DNA from: Octopus vulgaris
Taxonomy: Eukaryota
Reading direction: 5' to 3'
NCBI GenBank assembly: GCA_951406725.2
Contig: OX597817.1
Location: 162,564,001-162,628,000 of the forward strand
DNA: 64,000 nt
A program made the translations under genes and the position numbers. This document shows, in pieces, positions 56,174 to 64,000 of the stretch. Under the pieces are notes generated by a model. It searched no databases, was not told the origin of the DNA, and worked only from the letters and a program-made list of their open reading frames with translations. The first letter of the stretch is position 1. Each line of letters starts with the position of its first letter.

Positions 56174-59100
56174 GTAAGTAAATGCATGCAATTTGAATAT
56201 AGTTAAAATTTACTAGGTTCAGAGTGTATTGTCGAAAGTTTTTTTTTCTTTCTTCTTTTGAGATTTTTCTTATGAATTTTGTTTGAAACATTTTAACTTT
56301 GCATTATTACAATCATTCTGATTATGGAGCGGAATTCTGCTTGATGCATAGCATATAACCTCTCATAACTTTTATTTTTTGAAATTCTCAGAATTTTTTT
56401 TTCCAATTTGTGATCTACCCACGAGACAATGCAAACATCTTTTCTTTTTTTTTTTTTTTTAATTTTTCGAAAAAAAATTTTTTAGCCACCGTTTAAAAAT
56501 ACGGACAGGCCGTATTTCTTGCTTGAATTTCCAGCAACAGACCATCAAATGTGTTTATGGGCAGAAATATATTCATAAACAATACAGAGTGACAAACGAG
56601 GACAGTATGAGGTGGTCATGAGATGGACTAAAAGTAACAGCTAAATACTCCTTAACTCACACAAAAGTGTTTTCTTTTTGTTTTTGCATAGTCGTATGAT
56701 TTCCCGTATGTCTATCACAAATTTGCAAAAGTTTTTTGAAAATTCCAAAAAATAAGAAAAAAAGTTAAAGGTTATATGCCATGCTAGCCAAAATGTCGTA
56801 CTTCGAGCGGGCTTTTTATATGGAGGGATGTTGGACCTTCGGCTGATAATAAGATCATGTATTTGAATAACCTATAAAAAATGCAATAACATCAATAATT
56901 CTTTATTTGCATAAATAATATTTATCATACGAAAATTTTGAATCTCGAGTAATTTGCCGATCAAAAACTTTTTTTTATGTCGTTTCAATGAATAGAAATT
57001 TGTTGCAGAAGAGCAGCGACATTGCTACTATGGAATCTTTACCAAACCAGCATGAAGAATGCTTTACTAATTATGCATCTGTAAAAGTTAATAAAGTTTC
57101 AAAAGTGTTATTTCCACCGCTTGTCGAATTTCAGAGTAGGTTAACCTCTTTGAGACCACCCGGTGTTTTGGTGTGTGTAGCCAAAAAGACCAAAATTTTT
57201 TTTTTCTGTTGAAATTGATGGCTGCATGTAGAAAACAAATGATAAAGTGCCTAAAACTATTAGTAATATATATATATATATTTTCATATTATGAAAGCTT
57301 ATAAACAAAATAGTACAATACATTCTATCTCGATAAGAGAACCTGAAACAACACAATACATGTAAAATAAATAAGATAATATAAATGTTTCTGTGCAAAA
57401 ATAACAATATATGCCAAATAACATTTGTGTTTGGGGAAACCTGGTCCATGAAAGCCTTTTTTACACTTCTGACACATGGTCCTGGATCTTTTTTTGTCCC
57501 CCAGGTATTCTCCTGTCACTACGAATACAACAACAGTCCTTTTTGTTTTGAGTGATGGTGACCACGCTTCTAGTCTCCTCTGGTCCATGTGGTCCTTAAT
57601 CTAGGCTTCAACAACCAAGGCACAAAACCTTTATCGAGGCATGATATGTCTATCTCATGTATGCTCCTTGTAAAGTATACATGAGTTCAGCAGCATCTGG
57701 AGAGAACGTTGAAAATTACTTTTTTCCTGTATTTTAGGGTCCTCCTCTCGTCTACACAGCTGTACAGCATCATGTTACCCTGGTCTACCCCTTCTATGTA
57801 CTTGTAAGCAAGTATAGAGAAGAGCTTGTCAACATCTGCAACTCTATGGGTTTTGGTCTCATCTTCTCAACACCACCTCTTAACCCCCCAGCTATCTCCT
57901 TGGTAGAGAGCTACTACACAGCATTCTTTTGGGACTTCTCATGGAATACTGTGGCCAAGATTTGTCACTGTCTGAAGTTTAAACTCTCACCTGGTTTTAA
58001 CTGTACTTTTAGGCCTTTTGGAAGCTCCTTTATCTTTCTCCGAACCATTCCAGTTATGAGGGTACTGTTTTCAGTCAGTTCACTGACTAAGGGCACACTG
58101 GTAAAAAAAAAGTTGTCTTGCCTCTGTAGACAAAGAAACCTAGGAGGTAAGCCGAAACAGAGTCACTCAGCATCCAGATGTTGATGCCCCATTTGTGGTG
58201 ATGCTTGTTGGGCAAATAGTGCATCAGCTGAATTCTGATTTTTGTCCCAATCAGACTTTCATCGACACATACTTCTTTGACCGGGATCTGGGAAGCCAGG
58301 AGGCTGCACCAGGCTCCAGTCTGATCTGACAGTGTTTCTACAGCTGGATGCCCTTCCTAATGCCAACCACTCCGTGAGTGTAGTGGGTGCTTTTTACGTG
58401 CCACTGGCAAGGTGCCAGGCGAGGCTGGCAACGGCCAACCTTCTACAGACAGAACAGGATTGCAGGAGCACAAAGGAAATGTGAACAGTGCAAGTCCAAA
58501 GCCAATTCCTTGCTTTCAGTCCCAACTGGTCATCAGTGCCCAACCTGCAGCAGGGTCTTCCGAGCATGCATATGATAAATATATTGAGTTATGCATTGCT
58601 GTGGTTCTTATTTTTTGTCTCACTTTGATGCTTATCAATGATAAGTCATACATGTAACTCTTACCTCCTCTTTGTTGTATTGTAGCACTTTGCCCTGTAC
58701 CTAAACTACCTCTTGTTAGTGTATTGAAAAATCTGAAATGTTCCCGGTTGGATGTTTATGGCCAAGATTCTCAGGTAATTTACATATTTGTTTTTTTAAA
58801 TCTGGCATGAAATGCCATCAGTTTAATGACAGTTTCTATTTATTATAATTTAGATGACACCACACAATAAAATATTTCTCTCTATAGGCGCAGGAGTGGC
58901 TGTGTGGTAAGTAGCTTGCTTACCAACCACATGGTTTCAGGTTCATTCCCACTGCATGGCACGGCTGCAGTCAAATGGCTGAAACAAGTAAAAGAGTAAA
59001 GAGTATTCCTATCTGAAGGATTTAGATTGATTTCCTTGTACCAAATACTATTTGCTGTGTGTGTATACTCTCTCTCCCACAACCCACCAAATTTCTTGTG

Positions 59101-62100
59101 TTGTCAAGGTGCAGAGATAGCGATATAATTAAGAATGGGTATCTTTGCACCTTGACAACTGAATACCACAAGTTAGTATTTGGCTTGTGGGAGAGTGTAT
59201 ACACACATGGGTATGGGCATGCCTAAACAGTTAACCTGTTGGCTTTGCAACCATATGATTCCAGGTTTGATTCAGTTGTGTCCTGTCCTGGCCAATTCTT
59301 GAGTGATATTTGGTGTGTACGTGTGTGTATATATTATGTCAGTGTAGAGGCTGAACAAAACTACCATGTAGCGTTTCAGTCAGCATGAAGTTTTCCTGCC
59401 TCCCTCTTTATGCCTATTTCTTTACTACCCACAAGGGGCTAAACACAGAGGGGACAAACAAGGATAGATAAACGGATCAAGTCGATTACATCGACCCCAG
59501 TGCATAACTTGTGCTTAATTTATCGATCCTGAAAGGATGAAAGGCAAAGTCGACCTCGGTGGAATTTGAACTCAGAACGTAACGGCAGACAAAATACAGC
59601 TACGCATTTTGCCACCTTATGTCAAGGATGGCATTGCCTTCCTTTTCTAACACGATTAATTAAGTAAGCACCAAGGAAAATGCAATATGGTCAATATAAT
59701 TGACCATATAGCCATTAAGCCATTAAAAGAGTATATGGATCCATCATCATTTGTCTGTCTTCCCTGCTGGCATGGATTAGATGGTTTGACAAGAGCTGGT
59801 AAGCTGGAGGTCTGTATATAGCTTTACTGTCTGCTTTGGTATGGTTTCTACAGTTGGATGCCCTTTCTAATGCCAGCCACTTAACAGATGCACTGAGGGG
59901 TAGGTGAATATTGAAGGTGATGAGAGCTTAAAGTGCAATAAAGGGACATAACCTTGTCTAGCTGTAGAGGAGATACATGGCTACCTTAGTTGTAGAGAAT
60001 GACGGTGAACAATTGATAAGGCATACGTGCCAGTATAAGTGGTGTAGAACCAAGGATTGAATTAGATGAACGAGTGGATGATAAGTTTGTGAGATTGTAA
60101 AGGAGAGAGTAGAGGGAAGGGAGGGCTGTTAGGAAGATATGTTGTGAAGAGATTTGACTGGGACAAAGTTTGCAGGTAAGTCTGAGGGTGTGATTGGTGA
60201 GTGAGAGATAGAGGGGAGGGGTTTGTCAAGGGGCATCATCATAGACAACATGTATCATTAATATATAGTGTTTTATATTAGTATAATACAGAGTGTGTTA
60301 GATAATTTCTTGAAATTTCTTTTGTTGTTGCAGATTGCTGCTGTTCCTCCATTGGCCTGTAATTTCAGTAAAGGTATGGCATTTCGCATATGTTCTTAGC
60401 TATTGTGTGTGTGTATATATATATACTAGCAGTATCGCCTGGCGTTGCTCGAGTTTGTAAGGGAAATAACTATAAAGCATTTTTAGAGAGTTGTAGCCAA
60501 AAAAATGCATTAAAAATGGAAAAAATATGATGGTAAATTTTTTTTTTAAATCATTGACTCATCGTAGACATTTTTAGAGAGTTACTTCCCTTTAAAAAAT
60601 ATGCATTAAAATGGGGGAAAATGATGGTAAATTATTTTTTAAATCGTAGACGCGCGCTAATACCCAGAAGGGCTCGATATGAATCATGACTATAAGATAC
60701 CCGGTTTTGGTTAAACTGCACCGCAAAATGTGGGAGTAGTTAGGAATCTAAATCGGAGTAGACAGACACACAACCTTACTTTTATATATAAAGATATAAC
60801 AGAAAAGAAAAAAGAGGCATATTTTAAAAGAAAAGGGTTTGGGAAATATCTTCGTAAATATAAGTTTTTCTCAAAAATGCTAAGAGTACTATTTCTGCGG
60901 TTCCCTTGAACTGGGTATGTCTTTGTGATTATGTATGTGCTTGTAAAGATTGGATTTGAAATTTGTCTAAAAAAATGTCCTTGTTTTAATCTATATCTTT
61001 TGTTTCTACCCATTAGTAAAAGCCACCCCTAACATTCTTGGTCTTTCGGATGAAAACGGTTGTGTTATTTTGTTTGACACAAATAAACATGGTGAACAAG
61101 CTGTCTTAAAGTGTAAGTATTTAATCAATATCTCGTTAAGTCATTAATATTTGGAACAAAGTTAAAGCAGATGCTTTTCTTTTAGTTAAAGGGATAAACT
61201 GGAAATAATTTTACCCTATCAAGGCACAGTTGCAGACAATACAGTGTAATACCTGCTAATACATGCTGGTGACATGTAAAAAGCACCAACCGATCGTGGC
61301 CATTTGTCAGCCTCCTCTGGCCTCTTTGCCAGTGGCACGTAAAAAGCACTCCACTAATCTCACGGAGTGGTTGGCGTTAGGAAGGGCATCAAGCCGTAGA
61401 AACACTGCCAGATCAGACTGGAGCCTGGCGCAGCCTCCTGGCTTCCCAGACCCCGGTCGAACCGTCCAACCCATGCTAGCATGGAAAACGGACGTTAAAC
61501 GATGATGATGTTGTATCTTGTTAACCTTCTTAACTGTGAGTTAAATCTTCTCAAAGCCTGTAGCTGCTTGCAGCATGATCAAATGTCGACCACATAATCA
61601 TTCTAACTGTAATTTTTGGTCTTGACAAACTGACCCTTTCCCAAGCCACTGCTGCTGGAATGGCTTGTTCATTGTAAGCTTTAGCATTTAAACCAGTCGT
61701 ATCCAGTCCAAATATTCTACTTGTTTTATGTCCAAACCAGCTAGATCTGGTTTTTCACACCTATCCTACTATCTCTCTATATATAAACGGCAGTTTGTCT
61801 GTGCGTGTTTCTGTGTGTCTGTTTTCTCGTACCCTCACCCTGACCACGGCTTTCAACCGATTCTGATGAAACTTGACACACACATAGCCCAATGTCATAA
61901 TTCAAAACTAACGCAGCGAAAATTTTGAAAAGTTCCCCCAGTTCTGAAAAAAATCGATAAATTCGACATGGGGTCGAGAATCAGAAACACGAACCACAAA
62001 CCGTCTAGGGGATGCAACTCCACCTTTTTTAAATCTCAAAAAAAAAATTTACCATCATTTTTTTCCATTTTTTTGCTATTTTTGGGCTATAACTCTCTAA

Positions 62101-62670
62101 AAATGCTTTATAGTTATTTCCCTTACAAACCTGAGCAACGCCGGGCGATACTGCTAGTATCAGTCTAAATATATACAATCATATCTTCAAAATCTCAAGC
62201 TTTGGGGGTCTACCAAAATAAAATAGTAATCAGAGGATCCATATGTAAAAAAAAAAAGAAGTGGTTGTGAACCACTGGTTTAGAATGAAGCATTAAGTGA
62301 TATATATCCTCCCACCTCTTATCTACCTTTCAGTATAGTATATTCACCCTTCAACTCTAATGATTTTTTTTTTTTTTTTTCTGTTAAAGCTAAAAGCGTT
62401 TTGAGTGTGAAATGAAGAAATTTTAATTGCTCAAACTTTGATGGTCTGCATTATTAATTTAAATCTATTATCTTCTCTTTTTTCCAGATTGGTCAGCTCA
62501 CAGTAATGCCATCTTTGATTTGGCTTGGATGGAAAATGAACACAAACTGCTTACTGCTTCTGGTGACCAGACTATCGTCTTATGGGACGCTCTCAGCCAG
62601 CAGAAAATACAGACATTTAAAGGACACAGTCGCAGCGTTAAATCTGTGTGTTTCAGTCCATCAAGCAATT
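56128..62670 (+). CDS. DTL: Denticleless / CDT2 (DCAF2) WD40 protein, first five coding exons; continues beyond the window
   Basis: Exons 56128-56173, 58686-58774, 60334-60373, 61017-61112, 62488-62670 splice in frame (phases 1,0,1,1,1): MFYSLANINLGWRKSTLCPVPKLPLVSVLKNLKCSRLDVYGQDSQIAAVPPLACNFSKVKATPNILGLSDENGCVILFDTNKHGEQAVLKYWSAHSNAIFDLAWMENEHKLLTASGDQTIVLWDALSQQKIQTFKGHSRSVKSVCFSPSSN. This matches DTL motifs VPPxxCxFS, WxAHxNAxFDLAW, TAxGDQT and KGHxxSxKSV. An in-frame upstream ATG at 56101 is also possible. Confidence 0.92.
56346..56785. mobile_element. Degenerate long-TIR MITE in DTL intron 1
   Basis: GCATAGCATATAACCT...AATTTGTGAT mirrored by ATCACAAATT...AGGTTATATGCCATGC. Confidence 0.6.
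57145..58275 (-). mobile_element. Decayed piggyBac transposon in DTL intron 1
   Basis: TTAA|CCTCTT end at 57141; minus-strand relics VCVDESLIGTK, YLPNKHHHKWGINIWMLSDS, DNFFFTSVPL and the Cys-rich tail RTMCQKCKKG. Confidence 0.82.
58686..58774 (+). CDS. DTL: DTL exon 2 (TLCPVPKLPLVSVLKNLKCSRLDVYGQDSQ)
   Basis: ttgtag acceptor, CAG|GTAATT donor; resembles the vertebrate YPLQSLLTGYQCSGND segment. Confidence 0.8.
60334..60373 (+). CDS. DTL: DTL exon 3 (IAAVPPLACNFSK)
   Basis: ttgcag and GTATGG boundaries; VPPxxCxFS motif. Confidence 0.88.
60426..60794 (-). mobile_element. Non-autonomous Helitron-like element in DTL intron 3
   Basis: Reverse-complement copy of the 28714-29087 family. Confidence 0.8.
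61017..61112 (+). CDS. DTL: DTL exon 4 (VKATPNILGLSDENGCVILFDTNKHGEQAVLK)
   Basis: cattag and GTAAGT boundaries; first WD40 repeat. Confidence 0.9.
61772..62157 (+). mobile_element. Non-autonomous Helitron-like element in DTL intron 4
   Basis: TCTCTCTATATATAAA start; CCTGAGCAACGCCGGGCGATACTGCTAG end. Confidence 0.8.
62488..62670 (+). CDS. DTL: DTL exon 5 (YWSAHSNAIFDLAW...KGHSRSVKSVCFSPSSN)
   Basis: ttttccag acceptor; two WD40 repeats. Confidence 0.94.
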
Positions 62671-63767
62671 GTAATTTGTTAAATTTTAAAATCTTTTAAT
62701 GTAATACTATGTATACTCTTTTACTCTTTTACTTGTTTCAGTCATTTGACTGCGGCCATGCTGGAGCACCGCCTTTAATCGAGCAACTCGACCCCGGGAC
62801 TTATTCTTTTATAAGCCCAGTACTTATTCGATTGGTCTCTTTTGCCTAACCGCTAAGTAATGGGGACATAAACACACCAGCATCGGTTGTCAAGCAATGC
62901 TAGGGGGACAAACACAGATACACAAACGCATATATATATATACACGACGGGCTTCTTTCAGTTTCCGTCTACCAAATCCACTCACAAGGCTTTGGTCGGC
63001 CCGAGGCTATAGTAGAAAACACTTGCCCAAGGTGCCATGCAGTGGGACTGAACCCAGAACCATGTGGTTGGTAAGCTGTGTGTTTCAGTCCATCTAGCAA
63101 TTGTAATTTGTTAAATTTTAAAATCTTTTAACGTAATACTATGTATATGTATTTATTTTTTCTATCCTATATATGGTTTGGTCATTGAGCTGAGGCCATG
63201 CTGGGGCACTGCCTAAAAGTGTTTAGTCCAAACAAATCAAGCCCATTACTTTTAAGCCTGGTTCTTATTCTATTGGTATATTGGTATCTTTTGCAAATGT
63301 TAAGTTAATGGAACACAAAAATAGAATACCATCAGTAGGGTACAAACATGGGGACATATTCTTATATATATACATATACACACATATGATGGTTATATGT
63401 CAAGATAACTCAAACTAATAGATATGCATTTTAAGTGCTCAAATAGGTGTGACACCAAAATTCCAGTTAGAACAGTGATTGAAGTTGTGGTTGTGTGATT
63501 GCCTTGTTCAAACATGGCTATAAGTGGCATCCCTTTGAGTCAGTAGGTATAGGTAAAAGTAGTGAGGAAATGCAAACGATTAGGCAATGCAGGACAAGGA
63601 TATTTAATTTGATTTAATTCAGTCTAAAATTTAGCTGCATAATGAATGGTAAAGTTAGTCTCATTTTTATCATTCGTTAAGTAGCTAAATTTTAGATTGA
63701 ATTAGATGAAATTAAATGTCCTTGGCCTGCATTGCCTAATTATTCGCCTTTCCTCACTACTTAAACC

Positions 63768-63808
<41 letters not shown>

Positions 63809-64000
63809 CAGGCTTTCACTCAGTTTCCATCTACCAAATCCACTCAAAGCAATGGTTCATCAGGAGCTATAGTAGAAGATACTTGCTCGAAGTGCTGCAC
63901 TGTGGGACTGAACCCAAAACTATGCAGTTGCAAGGCAAGCTTCTTAACCACAGAACCATGCCTGTGCTTCTATATTTGAAATATATATTGATTTCACATT

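Noticed and set aside
6640-61870. Other CTGATGA/CTGAAGA heptamers (e.g. ~5726, 6683-, 8525, 9175, 16039, 34325-, 48192, 61863)
   Set aside because: No matching GAAA with pairing stems, so not hammerheads.

Overview
AT-rich, repeat-dense eukaryotic genomic DNA, most likely an octopus (inferred from the tRNA-derived SINE families and microsatellite load). Two divergently transcribed spliced genes can be read by hand. CCT4 (TRiC/CCT chaperonin subunit delta) is complete on the minus strand: 14 coding exons, 33084-55758, about 531 aa. The first five coding exons of DTL/CDT2 (WD40 CRL4 substrate receptor) are on the plus strand, 56128-62670, and the gene runs off the window. Their ATGs are about 370 bp apart across a CpG-rich promoter with a perfect CRE and E2F-like sites. 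The rest is transposon-derived: several SINE families, RTE and CR1 LINE ends, Penelope-like element (PLE) fragments, a near-intact mariner, Tc1, pogo/Tigger and piggyBac relics, MITEs and non-autonomous Helitrons. Most ORFs in the supplied track are repeat artefacts. The main hidden signal is a set of sequence-diverse type I hammerhead ribozyme motifs, densest at 15.3-22.6 kb. It includes a tandem 363-nt retrozyme-like repeat with U3-A8 variant cores and two TSD-flanked palindromic elements. One of those, in CCT4 intron 10, joins a tRNA-like Pol III head to a hammerhead core. All calls were made by eye, with no database searches or folding programs.
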